Shown here: piece by piece, positions 11,590 to 25,164 of the stretch | How the letters are laid out: each line of letters starts with the position of its first letter | Position numbering within the stretch: the stretch's first letter is position 1 | Assembly (NCBI GenBank): GCA_030704615.1 | Contig: CM060732.1 | Location: 62,310,001 to 62,374,000 of the forward strand | Direction: 5' to 3' | From: Takakia lepidozioides | Lineage: Eukaryota; Plantae; Bryophyta | DNA length: 64,000 nt | Notes under the pieces: model-generated | Database searches by the model: none | Seen by the model: only the letters and a program-made list of their open reading frames with translations | Told to the model about the DNA's origin: nothing | Translations under genes and position numbers: made by a program

Positions 11590-14500
11590 TTTTTTTTTGT
11601 GAGCAGCACGAAAGAGAGGGAAGTATACATGTCATGTCAAGATATGGACAAGACCGCTAAGGTCATTGTCATTGAAAGACAAAACAGCCCTTTACAGGGC
11701 ACCATCTAACATTCCCTTTCATGTTTACAATCTCATTTGAATACCCCATTACATTTCAGGGTCTCTGAAAAAACAGGGCGGGAGGGTGGGATTCCAGGTC
11801 ATTCATATCATGAAAGCACCATAGTATGCATCATCATCTCAAAAATTCATTTCAAACTCATTTCAAAAACCAGATTGCAGGTTTGGTTTGAAGATGATGT
11901 TTTAGAACCAAGATATAAGCAAGATTCTTAAAAAGGAAGAAGAAACAACAGGGTAGAGCCCCCTTAAACAGGTATAGGCCTAGAATGGTATTTTAAGGCC
12001 TCATAAAATAGTTCTGCCAAGGTGAAAGAGCAGCTCAGAAACCCCTGTTTGTTATCAAGCCATGAAACCAAAATGATATGAGGGCCTTGAAGAATGTGTG
12101 TTATCTATCAAAGCCTATCCTTTTGATCCATCAGAGTCATACCAAGAAGTTTCATTTCAGAGCCAAGTATCAAGGCAGTCAGAGTAATAACTGCTATTTT
12201 GTATCCTTGTATCCTTCATAGCTTAACTCCTACACATGCAAATGTGATTGTAAAAAACCAGAAACAGGGGTAAGGAGAGAAGCAGATCCTCATTGGAGCT
12301 ATCTTGGAGCAGGTCTGAAGCGGCATGGTGGCAGTTTGAAACAGCATATGGCATCAGTAGCATAGGCAGCAGCAGAATTCACATTTGCAAGAACAGGAGC
12401 TGCAAGCTTTCAAGAAATCAAGACAAGTGAAGACCCTCACTTGTGCCCGTCCCAAAAACCACCACATAGCGATGTGTGTTAGTGAGGATGCAGCAGGTAA
12501 GTGGCAGGTCTTCACAGTTGCTATCCATGTCAGTGTTGAATTCTAAAGCAAGTACAGATCACAATTCAAGCAAGGGTAAACTCAAAAAACCTTGAGTGTT
12601 TGTGGTATGCCTTGCGCCATGGCGTCCAACAGATCGTCTCCAACAGAATGCAATTAGAGTAGAAGCGTTCACAGATAGAGAATGGCTCATACACAAAGAG
12701 AGAGCAACATGTAATCTGTAGATAAATAGGGATAGAGTACTTCCCAACAAGGAGTAAAAGCGCCGCTGCAAAATAAAGAACCATGAGTTTCTGATCAAAG
12801 CGATCACCGCTTTGTCGTCTGCCAGAGAAGAATCTGTTTAACCACCAATGCGCATCCCAAGAGCCAGCCATCACGAGTACCATGTAGCAGCAGGGGAGCA
12901 GGTTTATACGGCGCATCATCAAGGTTCACTGAAGCACGAGTTCAGTGTTGTGAAGTGTGTCGGCCTGCTTAGGGCACAACTTCCCGATTTTCATCCACCC
13001 TGGATGAAAAATCACATTTTACCAAGAGAGGCACTTTGTCAATGGATGATATCCCATAGAAATGTATCTTTTAGGGTTATGGTATAGGCTTAGGTTTAAT
13101 AACTGCCATCATTTATGATGGTAATTTTATTATTCTCTTGGATTTTAAAATAGGTAACCATTATTTATGTAGATCATCCAGTTTAGATGAAAGAAATAGA
13201 TGGTAAATCAAGCTTTCTGTACATTAAGTTTCATCACCCTATAATAAAATCATCCAGATTTGGATGAAAAAGGCTGGGATGAAAAACTAAATAACCTCAA
13301 AAGGTTAAGGCCAGATGAAATCCAAAGAGTTATAGAGGGAGGATAAAATGTCTTGTCGAGACATGGACAAGACCAAACAAGGTCTTTGTCAATTTGTATG
13401 ACAAATCAGCCTCATAACGAGGCACTATCAATCACTCTTCATTCATAAACCAGTCTGATGACATATAACAGATCTCATAGTTCATGAAATCTCTGGGAGG
13501 GGGGGTGGGATCATATAATTACCACCCATGTTCCCATTAATAAACTGGAGAAGAAGTTCCAGTTTTCATATAGCCATAATGGTCAGATTAGAGCAGTAAA
13601 CAGCTTCTAAACTATTTACACATGAAGGGAAAGTCCACACATCTTGTTTTTTGTCCCAAGACTTAGTTTCAATCTGGGGCCAGTGTATAAATGGATTCAA
13701 AAGGTTTTGAGCAGTAAGTGATTACTGATAGTCACAGACTATAAAGAAATCCAGAAAAACATGTCATGGTATATGCCTTAGTAGTAAAGCCAGTCTATCC
13801 AGAGCCCGTTTTAGGTCTTGGGGCAATCTGTATCTACTCCAGCAAGGTACTTGCAAGGTCACAAACAAGTAGAGAAGGACAGGAACCCATATGGTCTGCA
13901 TCAGGCAGCATACATGGCCTAAAAACAAAGGATTGTGGTTCCTTATGTCCTCTTACTTAGCTGCTTGATATCATTCAAGCCACAGCATCATACCAGTCCC
14001 ATAGACCGAAATAAAAAGCTCATGCTGTGCTGTAAGACAGCAAATCCAGCATCATCACGTAGTGTAGCAGAAATCAAAGGCAAGAGTCTTTAATAGAAAG
14101 TATGTGTTCTAATAAAGCTCATCTAATGTATTAATGCTCAACAGGAAGAGTTGGAAGCATAGCCAGAAAGATCAAGAAATGGGGGCAGATTCGAATCAGC
14201 TCCTTGAAGAAACAACTTGAATCGACTTCACTTCATCTTGCTAGTTTTCAATCAATTGCAAGCTTCATGAATCATATTAAGTGAGGGCCCTCACCTGGTC
14301 CCATCACATGCAATCAAAAAACAATGAAGTTAGTGAAGATGTGGAACCCCAGGTGAATATCAGGCCTCACGCTTGTTATCGCTGTACAACATGCGTTCAG
14401 AAAGCAAGAAGAGATCAAAAGCAAAGCAAAGATATTCCACAACCTTAAGTGTTTGTGGAAGAGGATTCGACATAGCTCCAAGAACTCGATAATCGACAGC

Positions 14501-17500
14501 CCAAACAAACAATGGTTTGCTGAAATCTACATCAGGTGAAGGGACTTCCTGATGGTTTAAGAGCGGCGCTAGATCTTAATGACCATTGAACGGAACGGCA
14601 AGCAGTCACAGCTTAAAGTAAGTTGCCCGCCAAGGGAAGAGACAACCTCATTGAGGGAATTGAAGCTCAGCCGCCTTTGTATACCCCAAGGGAATTTGAA
14701 AAGTACTGGAATCTTGCCAGAGCACTTGCAGGCTGTCATAAAGCTTCTCCATAGCCATCAGATTCACAAGATTTGTGCTTAAATGATCCCTCTGACACCA
14801 TCTCTCAGCTCCATCAGAATCAAAACGCACGAGTATCGTGCAGAGTTTAAGGGCGGAGGAAGAGATAGGGCAAACCTTCGCGATTTCATCCAGAATAGAT
14901 GAAAAATAGATAATGTAAAGTATTTCCCTAATTCCATCATGATGTCATCCAATAGTGATGGCATCCAAAAGTAGAATCTGGCTTTCATTAGGGTTTAGTT
15001 TTCATGACCAAACTCATCCAAAGAACCCAATAATCAGAGAAATTGCTATAATGGAATTCCTCCATTTTCGTGATTACATCCATTGTGGATTAAAAAAGGT
15101 TTAGACAACATTAGTCCAAGCCGGCCTGGGTTTTGGAAAAAGTATAAGCAAATTCCTTGTACAAAGGGAGAGGGAGAGAGGGAGAGAGAGGGAGAGAGAG
15201 AGGGAGTGAGAGGGAGAGATGAGGAAGCAAAAAGAAAAAGAGGAAGGTGGGTGGGGGGAGTGACCGAGTAGCAACTGCTCAGTCACTCCCCCCCCCACCT
15301 TTTTGTTTTTTCTTTGTTGCCCCCTCTCTCCCTCTGTCTCCCTCCTCAGAACTGGCCGGTTGCATCAGTGTTCTTTTCATGATTTTCCATCTATACCAGA
15401 TGGACTCTAAAAGGTGTTTCCACCCGACTTGTAAAGGTGTTCTATCCATACTGGAAGAATCACCTGGGTGGACACTAAAGTACCTTTAAAAATGACTTAT
15501 AATTTTTCATTCCTCTTTTATTGACTTTCATCTATATCAGATGGGTCACCACAGAATGAGGAATTACCTCCATAAGGGTTATGACACTGGCATCCTATCT
15601 ATAATTTTTTCATCCATGCCGGATGAAAAATAGGATCTGAATTCGTTTTATTTCCCCTTTTACGCTTTTTCCGTACTGGATGAGGCTTTCTCTTAAGGGA
15701 TGACGAATTACCTGTTAGGATGAAAAACCGCTGCCCTGGATGATTGATACTAATTATCATCCTGCTGATGGACCTCATCCAAACAAATGAACCTATTTTT
15801 TTTTTTCATCTGGACTGGATGAGAAAAGCAGCTTATGATGGCCATGGAGATTTTTCTAATTACCCTTAATTATTGCTAATTAAGGAGTGAAACCCTAACT
15901 CCTACCCTATAAACCTAGCTTAGGGATGACATCCGTTGGGTTCTTAAGAGAAAGGGTATCGATTATTCATCCTACGGATGAAAAATCGGGCTCTGCCCTA
16001 GGGTGTCTCTCCCGCTGTCAGCTGCATTTCTCGTGCTGCTGAGCTCGCGAGTTATGGCGTCTGAGCCCTGCTGCTACCCTGTCTACTGCTTCATGCCAGA
16101 CGAGCTCCTGGGGATGCGCAATGGCGGCGTCTTGTCTCTTCTCACAGGCGGGAGAACCTGCTGTGATGGCATCACCCCTTTCCCTCCTCTGGCTTTTATG
16201 TTTTGCAGCGGCGCTTTGGTGGGGAAGTATATCGCTCCCTCTCCCTTCTTAGACATAGCATTTGTATGCTTCGCTTCTCCTTAGTTGTGCTGGAGGTGGC
16301 GTGTTGGTAGCGATGGCGCAGTGTTACCTTCCCCAATCGCTCAAGGTGTTTTTGGCGATTAGGGTTCCTTTTACTTCATATCTTGCTCTCTTGTCTCTTG
16401 GGGTTCTTAGTTGACATCGATAACAAGTGTAGGGGTCTGTGATTCACCTGGGGTTCCACAATCCTCACTAACCCATTGGTTTTTGTGGGGGCTTGTGATG
16501 GGACCAGGTGAGGATCCCTACCTACTTTGAATTCTCTTGAGCTTGCAGATGAGGATATGTGCAAAAAGAACATGAGGCTGCCCGCAGCCCCAATTTTGGC
16601 CCGCTTGCTCCCGGTTTGACATGATAATGCTTGCTTTTGACTTATCTTTTGTTGCTGCTGAGAGCACTTTGGCCTGGCAGCCTTGTCTCATGCAGCACTG
16701 CATGTGAATCCTACCTTGTCTTGAGTCTTTGACAGCTTTGCCTGTAGATTTTTAGACTTGGTTCCCCTTCTTTTTGGCCTTAAAAGAGGATTGATGGTGT
16801 AAGGGACAAGTCATAAATGGTTGTTTTGCTATAAGGATGAGGAGCCCTGAGTTTTGTTAAAGAAGACAGCCTGATAAGGCAGTGACAGGCCGTTTTTCAG
16901 ACCTGGTTTTGTTGTGGAATGGAGCATAGTGAGGTTCTATTTGCAAAACATGGCATTAGCCTCCTATGATACAGTGACGGTAAGCTCTAAAGGACTCTGG
17001 CCAATGATTATTTACTCTATTTTGCCATTTGAACAGCCACCTACATTGTTTGATTTATCTTGGCCAAGTGGGCTTGGTCTTGGAAACTCAAAGTGTATGT
17101 GTGTCCAGATCTGGATGTTGTGACATGACAGACCTTTCTTCCATGCAAGAGTCCTATGTGCACAGGTCCTGAATATATACAATGAGAGACTTTTCTTACA
17201 TACCCAGAAGGCTTTGCAAGATGCATGCTTTGGGGTGCTTACATTTGGCCAAATGTGAAGCTGTAATATGGCTTACCTTGCCCAAGAAGTGTACTTGGTG
17301 GCAGGACTGAAGTGTAATTAATTGCAGGCTGGTCCTTCCTGCTGCCGGTGTGAACACTCACTGAATGTGTCGCAAGGCAGACTGTTCTTACCTATTTTTC
17401 ATAATGCTTGTCTTGGATCACCTCAAGGTACTTGTGTGTGCATATCCTGGATCTGTAATGTGGCAAGATACTCTTATATGCCCATGATATATTGCATGGT

Positions 17501-20500
17501 GCATATCTTATGGATGACTATGGATGATGTAATCTGAGGTTGCAATCTGACTTATATTGTGCATAAGGGTCACTTGGGTACATGACAGGAATCTGATTAT
17601 GAATATACCCCGCCCTCCCACCCTGTTTTATCATGACTGAATGGGTGGCGTCACTTGGTGTGTTATGACAAGACTGGAAATGGTAGATGGTGCCCTGTCA
17701 TGGGGCTGTTTATGTCTTTAATTGACAATGACCCTAGTTGGTCTTGTCCATGTCTTGACATGACATGAATATCTTCCCTCTCTCTTTTTAACTTTTTCTG
17801 CATAGGGGTCAACTCTGAGGTTAAGAAAACCATGCTTTGTCGCATTATTAGACCTGCCTTGGAGTACGGATCTGCAATATGGGTTGATAAATCTGACTTA
17901 GAGGCTGTAGTGTCCAAAGCCATGTCTGTTGCCATGAGATTGTCTGATGAAAATGAAGTTAGGCATAAAACTTCCCTGAACTTGTTTCCAGTCAGTGACA
18001 TGGGGGAGGACATCTTGGATGACCTCAAGGGTCTACCCACTCTCGGCACTAGACTGAAATTTAAACTCAGGGCAGGAAGCCTACATTTGAACAGCAAACA
18101 GAAGCGGAGAGGAAAGGGAGAGTGCAATTGCCCGTTGTGTGGGCAATCTGAAGACAGTACACATTTTCTGATACACTGTCCGGGGTTCCCTAACAAAGAG
18201 ACGCTCTCTTCAAATCTATCAAGGGAATTGTGCCTATACCTCTGTTTACCACCTTTGAAAGTCTCAAGGCTGAGCCAAAAGCCCAGGCCCTCCTGAGGCC
18301 TAGTTATTGGGCAAATCACACACAACGGTTTGATGCTTGTGTGAAGGGATTTCTAGAGGATATCTGGAAAACCTAGATTAATTCTATATATGAAGGTAAG
18401 TCTTACTACCAACGTCAGCCCTTGACAGAGGCAAGTTCTGTCCCTTTTGTTTCCGCTCAAACTGGGCGCGGGTCGATGGCCACAAGGCTACGGCAAACAA
18501 CGTCTTATGAGTACAATCTTTTAACTTTTTCTGCACCCTCTCTCCCTTGTGGTTTGTTTACTTTTGTGAACAACAAAAAAGAGAGGGAAGATAAAATGTC
18601 TTGTCGAGACATGGACAAGACCAAACAAGGTCTTTGTCAATTTTTACGACAAATCAGCCTCATAACGAGGCACTATCAATCATTCTCCATTCATAAACCA
18701 GTCTGCTAACATACAACAGATCCCATGGTTCATGAAATCTCTGGGTGGGGGGGTGGGATTATATAAAAATCCGCATCAGTATATGCTTCATTAAAATGCA
18801 TGTCTAAACAGGGACCCAATCATGTATCACACGTTTGGGTATGCTTTCAGATGTAACAAAGCAACTGTTCATAGCAGGGAAAACTTGTTTAACCTGCTAA
18901 CATTACTCCCCAAGATTACACGAACACTCTAAAAATGAAGTTCCACTTATTATGTAATCTTATGGCCATATCAAAGCATCATACAGATTGTGAACCGTTT
19001 ACTCATAAGTGGTATGACCTCATACCTTGTTTTTTTGCCCCATAACCTGGTTTAGGTCTGGGGCCATTGTATACATTGTGGTAACAAGGTGTTAAGTAGC
19101 AAACAATTGTACATATTGCTACTTTACCACTGTGCAAAGCAAGGAAGCCAGTCTTCAAATTGCTGAATTTCATCACCCATGGTTACATTGTATATCTGCA
19201 GATCTAACTAAATGATATGTAAACATGGAAAAGATCTTTCAGGTTATTGTGCTGCTTGGTACATGCCATAGCAGTAAAACCAATCTACCCAAGAGCCCGT
19301 TTTAGGTTTTGGGGTAATCTGTATCTGCTTCAGCACGGTACTTGCAAGGTCACAAACATGTAAAGAAGGACTGGAAATCAAATGGCCTGCATCAGTCATC
19401 ATACATGGCCTAAAAACAAGAGATTGGTGTTCCCTATGTCCTCTTACTTGGCTGCCCGATACCCTTCACGCCCAGCATCTTACGAGTACTATAAACCAAA
19501 AATAAAAGCTCAGGCTGGGCTGTAAATAGCAAATCCAGCACCATCATGTAATGTAGCAGAAATCAAAGGCCAAAGTCATTAATAGAACGTAAGTGTTCTA
19601 ATAAAGCTCATCTAATGCATTGATATTAACAGAAAGAGCTAGAAGCATAGCCAGAAAGATCAAGATAAGGGGGTAGATTTGAATCAGCTCCCTGAAGAAA
19701 CAGCTTGAGTCGACTTCACTTCATCTTGCTAGGTTTCAATCAATTGCAAGCTTCATGAATCATATTAAGTGAGGGCCCTCACCTGGTCCCATCACATGCA
19801 ATAAAAAAACAATGAAGTTAGTGAAGATGTGGAACCCTAGGTGAATATCAGGCCTCACGCTTGTTATCGCTGTACAACATGCGTTCAAAAGCAAGAAGAG
19901 ATCAAAAGCAAAGCAAAGATTATCCACAACCTTAAGGGTTTGTGGAAGAGGATTCGACATAGCTCCAAGAACTCGGCAATCGACAACACAAACAAGCAAT
20001 GGTTTGCTGATTTGTACGAGCATTTTATCAGGTGACAAGACTTCCTGGAAGTTTGAGAGCGGCGCTGGATCTTATTGACCATTGAATGGATCGACAAACA
20101 ATCACTGCTTAGGGTAGATTGTCCGCCAAGGGAAGAGACAACCTCATTGAGGGAATTGAAGCTCTGCTGCCATTGCATACCCCAAGGGGAATTGAAAAGT
20201 ACTGGAATCTTGCCAGAGCACTTGCAGGCTACCATAAAGCTTCTCCATAGCCATCAAATTCACAAGCTTCGAATGAATTCACTGACACCATCGCTCAGCT
20301 CCAGCAGAATCAAAACGCACGCGTATCGTGCAGAGTTTTAGGGCAGAGGAAGAGATAGGGCAAACCTTCGCGAGTTCATCCAAATTAGATGAAAAACAGG
20401 TAATGAGATGTAAAAAACTTCCCTGATTTCATCATGATGTCATTTAGTAGGGATGGCATCCAAAATAGGGTCTGGCTTTCATTAGGGTTAGTTTTCATGA

Positions 20501-20830
20501 CCAAAATCATCCAAAGGACCCGGTTATCAGAGAATATTCTTTAATGGAATTCATCCATTTTCATGATTACATCCAGTATGGATGAGATTTAAAATATGGT
20601 TTAGACAGAAATAGTCCAAGCCTTCCTAGGTTTTGGAAAAAATACAAGCAAGTTCCTTGTATAGAGGGAGAGGGAGGGAGGGACAGAGGGACAGAGAGGG
20701 ACAGAGAGAGGGAGGGATCAGGAAACCAAAATAAATAAAAATGGGAGGGGGGTGGGGGGAGTGACTGAGCCCGTGGTGCTCAGCAGCTGCTGGTGGTGCT
20801 CAGTCACTTCCCCCCCCCCCCCACCTTTTT
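11590..20830. repeat. Cluster of a composite non-coding repeat family (direct and inverted copies)
   Basis: 13330-15300 is largely repeated at 18575-20830; 15500-17790 is a diverged inverted relative of 11590-13300; shared GAGGGAAG...GACATGGACAAGACC and GGATGAAAA/TTTTCATCC motifs; a related segment lies at ~52100-53030. Confidence 0.7.
17800..18520 (+). mobile_element. Non-LTR retrotransposon 3' fragment (same family as 9480-11445)
   Basis: IIRPALEYGSAIW...CNCPLCGQSEDSTHFLIHCPG; frameshifted; 3' end homologous to ~43930-44030. Confidence 0.8.
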
Positions 20831-20986
20831 CTTTTCTCTTTATTGCCCCCTCTCGAGACCCCGAGCACTTGCTACTCTCAGCCCCCGACATGCTTGGTTT
20901 TTTTTGTTTTTGATCTGGAATGTTCCTAATGAGGCCAACTTGTGGGTTTGCATGACAGGTGCCAACTTATGGGGAAAGAGAAGAAG

Positions 20987-21713
20987 TGTCGCGCACCTCA
21001 CTTCGGTAAGCTCCCCCCTCAAGTCATGGTTACTCGCTTGATGCGCGCGCCTAACTCCCAACCTGGCCTTCGGGCCAACTTGGAGCTTCGGCTGCTCACC
21101 GGGACATAACGGTCCCCCCTTGATCTCCCAAAGAACCCTCCAACGATTTAGAACCAACGGCATTCCCTTTGGTAGTTGGCAGTCCGGAACAGCTCCCCAC
21201 TCTTTGGTCGCTTTCCGGCTCGCTCGCTTACTCACTAGCTTTTGGTCACCAACGGGCTTGCACCGTTCTCGGGGTTACTACTCCCCTATATATACTTTTG
21301 TAGCTGTCCGTGGGGGTTTCACAAACAACCATGCCATTTTATGGCGAACCACCACGAACACCCTCGACTCCCGGTGACGAGTCGCGGTGAGTCTTGGCCC
21401 ACTCATCATGGCCCCTATGGACCGTGATGAGTCCCAAGACTCCCCACGACTCCCACCACGAGGTCTCCGCCCCAGGGTGAGTCCTATGCCACCCCCACTA
21501 AGTCCCGCTAAGCTACCACCACCCTTTGTGGACCCACCCCCACCGCAACCCGGTGTGTGGGGCTCCACCTAGTGAGCGTCTCCGCCTCCTTGAGTGCTTT
21601 GGGCACTCAAGGGTGCTTCAGCCCCCCATACCTATCGCTGCCATTGCCCCCACCATAGGGGCAGCCCCTCTTGTTTCCCGACCCCCCTGCCCTCAAGGCG
21701 AAGGGCCGCGACA
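20987..21713 (-). mobile_element. 3' LTR of a Ty3/Gypsy element (727 bp)
   Basis: Reverse complement of the LTR at 6217-6941, with TGTCGC/GCGACA ends; preceded on the minus strand by PPT-like GGTAGGGGTGTG. Confidence 0.9.
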
Positions 21714-22620
21714 CACACCCCTACCAACAGGGAGTCGATGTCCTCATCGGCTTGTACATTTTGTGGAAACGAACATCCAAGTTGTGGCGTCCCACATCAA
21801 GGAGTTTGTTTCCGTACCATGGCGTCCCATGGCAAAGAACCAAACCCCACACTTGACTCTACTCTCCAATAGCTAGTTCGGCCGACTTCCTCTAAGTCTC
21901 GGCCAAGGGTGGAGCCTCTCAAGCTCCTCCCAGTGCACTCTTCTTGGCCTACTTCAAGGCCAAGGAACGATCCTCCCCGAGGATCGAATCGCCTTACTGC
22001 AACAACATTGCTTGCGACCGCTCATGATGCCGCTTTTGGCATCACCTTGAGCAAGGGTTCACCTCGAACCCTCTTTGACTAGGAAGATAACCTTGAACCA
22101 ACCGCGCGCCCCAATCACTACAATTGGGTCCGCCTTGGAATGCTGGCCTGAGGTACGGGAACACGCCGAAGCCGCACTACGACTTCGTCCTGAGGCTACA
22201 CGATTATAGTACGTGAACGGAAGCACGTAGCTTCCGCGTTAGCCCGCACTACAAAGCAACCCCCTCGGTAGCGCAGTTATAGTATGCGCACGCGCCAGGT
22301 GCGCACTAGCACGGGAACTCCTAAAGAAGGCGCAAGTTTCCTTGCCCCTTTGGATGGAAGTCACCCGATTTCGGCACTGCGCAAACACACGATTAATCCA
22401 ATTTACCTCTCCCACTTTTGTAAGCTAGCATGCATTCTACACACTAGCCAACCACACCATGCATCACCATTCCAAACAAAATAGGACGCACAACATTTGG
22501 AACCTATTTCCTTTATAACAAATTTTTGTACAATACAAGTTTTTGCAATCGGATTCCTAAGCTAGCTAAGCCGGGCTAAGCATGCATTTCCTCCCCCACG
22601 CTCCAAGGTTGATGTCCCCA

Positions 22621-24040
22621 TCAACGCTTCTTCCGTTTTTGAGGTCGCCCTTCGAAAACTGCAACCGCCTCGGATGCGTTTCCCATTTCTGAGGCACGCA
22701 CCCAAGATGCCTCCACAAGATGATAGCCCTTCCATTTGACGAGATACTTCGTTTCTCGGTTCTTGAACCTCCTCGACTTAAGTACTGCCTCCACCTCATA
22801 CTCAGGTTCATTTTCATGATCCAACAGCATAGGTGGCGGACGCAACACTTGATGCCGATTCGAACGCGCTTCATCTTTGAAGTAAGGCTTCAAAAAGGAG
22901 ACATGGAATACTGGATGCACCTTGCTATTTGCCGGCAGCTCCAATTCGTACACATCCTCATTCATAACCTTCCGGATGCGAAAGGGTCTCGCAAATGGAG
23001 CTACGAACTTTGGACTCACTTCCGGAGGTAGTCGGAAATTCTTGATGTTCAACCAGACCTCCGTGCCTGCCTCAAACTTCATTTCCCTCCGCTTCCGATT
23101 CGCTTGCCTTTCATACCGTTTCCTAGCTTTGGCAATGTTGTACTTTGCGAGCTTCAACAAACGCTCGCGTTCTTCCAGTACCGCCGCTACTGCCGGTTCC
23201 TCAACGTCCCGGGCGGCCCAACTTGTCGGCACCAGAGGTGCTTTTCCATAGACCAATACAAAAGGGGAAACTCCAGTTGCGGAGTGTTCTGTGTTATTAT
23301 AACAGAACTCTGCCGCGTCTAAGTGTTCCACCCAGTCTGTTTGGTTTGCCGACACGTAGTTTCGCAAGATCTGTTTCACTACGGAATTCACTCTTTCCGT
23401 TTGGCCATCGGTCGTAGGTCGGAAGGCCGTGCTCATCTTCAGCCTCGTCCCCATCTTCTTCCAAAGTGCCCTCCAAAATTTACTCGTAAACTTTGGATCG
23501 CGGTCCGAGACAATATCCTTCGGGACTCCATGATGCTTTAAGACGTGGGCGAAGTAAAGTCGCCTTGTTTCCTGTGCCGTTGCCGTCTCCTTGGTGGGGA
23601 TGAAATGGCCCATTTTACTGAACCTATCCACCACCACCATGATTGCATCGAATCTTTTTGACAGCGGCATAGCAGTCATGAAATCCATCGAGACGCTTTC
23701 CCAAGTCCCCTCTGGAATCGGCAAGGGTTGTAACAGCCCCGCTTGCTTTTTGTACTCGCTCCGGTTTTGTTGGCATGTGGTGCATGTCTTGACATACTCC
23801 TCTGCCTCCTCCCTCAATTTGGGCCAAAAATACTCTTTCTTCAAGAGTGCCGCAGTGCGCTTGGCTCCGCCGTGGCCCGCAAGCGGGCTATCATGGCATT
23901 CTCTCAAGAGGCTATCTCTGATCCCTCCCTTCGGCACGTAGAGACGCTTTTGCTTATACCGGAGCAGTCCATTTTGCAAGTGGAACTGCGATTTAACCCC
24001 CATCCTCAAGTCCTGCATCACGGACTTCGCCAGGCGGCTC
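22621..24040 (-). mobile_element. Chromovirus integrase plus chromodomain, 5'-truncated
   Basis: HHCC zinc finger (CHDSPLAGH...CTTCQ); core SMDF...IVSDRDPKF...TDGQTERVN; HPVFHVSFLKPY; chromodomain EYEVEAVL...YLVKWKGY...SWV. The frame is open. Confidence 0.95.
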
Positions 24041-24192
24041 CTAGTCATGTAGTAAAACATATGACTGCATTAGATTAAAATATATTAAAATGCGCCCAAC
24101 AATGGGTTTCATCACCCCGTAGTCACATGTATAGTCATGGTTACCAAGGTTTATATCACCCGTAGTCATAAACACGTTAATCTGTAGTAGTG
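24041..24192. mobile_element. CACTA terminal fragment
   Basis: GTAGTCA/ATGACT subterminal repeats like those of the CACTA at 50334-54518, ending ...TCTGTAGTAGTG (reverse complement CACTACTACAGA). It abuts the truncated integrase on one side and the truncated GCM-like gene on the other. Confidence 0.7.
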
Positions 24193-25164
24193 TTGTTTGT
24201 AGAACTTGCAAACGAAAGTGTTGGAGCTTGGAGGTGCTTCACCGGGTTTGAATGGATTTTCAGCGACACCCTCCCACTCGCACTGGTTGTGAACCTTCAA
24301 CCGCTGGAAATGCCTACAATTCAAATTCTCGCACATCAGGTGCCCATTGCACAGGCTTCTCCGGAAGACGAGGTTGTCATGATTTTGAATATTGGATGTT
24401 TTCGTTCTGCACCACGGGTGTCCATCTCATCTCTTGTCCATTCCCTGCATGAGGCTCGTGACGGGTCCATCCCGCCCAGGTGGAGGTAGCTCGAAGACGA
24501 CATCCCCATTATAAGCATCCGGCAGGAACTCCACACACTCAATAGGGACACTCTCCCAGTCAATCCCCCGCATTTCACTTTGGAAACCGGGCATTCCTCC
24601 CATTGACTTCAGTTTAGGAATGACAATGAGGTGTATCACTTGCGGCTTGATGACCAGCAGTGTTTGCACATAAATTGGGATGCTGGGAACGTCCTCGGAG
24701 GAGGAGTCTGAGAGCTCAACTATTGGGGTGGAAGTAGTGGTCTCCGACTTCACGACGATATTCCTTTTCTCTTGAGCAACAGAACCAGCTGTTCCCGGGG
24801 AGACATACGAACCAGTGGACTGCCGCCGAGGAGCTCCGACGACCCTGTATCTCCCCGGAGGCACTCTCCACTGACTCACAAGAGAATTTTCATCCGGTTT
24901 CTGAAATGAGTACTTGATCAACTTCCCATCGACATCGTAGACCTTTCTTTTGAGGAAAACAGTGCCAATCTGGTACTCGAAACGCGTTGCCAGGAGATGT
25001 TCTTGCGCAATTGCGTAACCATTGGAATCAGCATCCTTCGAGAAATGGACAGGCTTCTCCACAGAGTAAAACTCCGCTTCAGATGAACCCATGGTGAAAG
25101 ACGAATAATTCCGAGCTAGACGGAGCTCGAAAGTGGAGAGGCCCACGACTTCCGTGGATTTCAT
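24193..25164 (-). pseudogene. GCM-like zinc-binding domain protein, probably the N-terminus of a transposase-type gene; stop codon and 3' truncation
   Basis: ORF 24427-25164 read through its TGA gives VEFLPDAYNGDVVFELPP...GMDKR*DGHPWCRTKTSNIQNHDNLVFRRSLCNGHLMCENLNC...FVCKFY. This parallels the GCM pattern WAMRNTNNH...KKSCLGVVVC. Confidence 0.6.
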
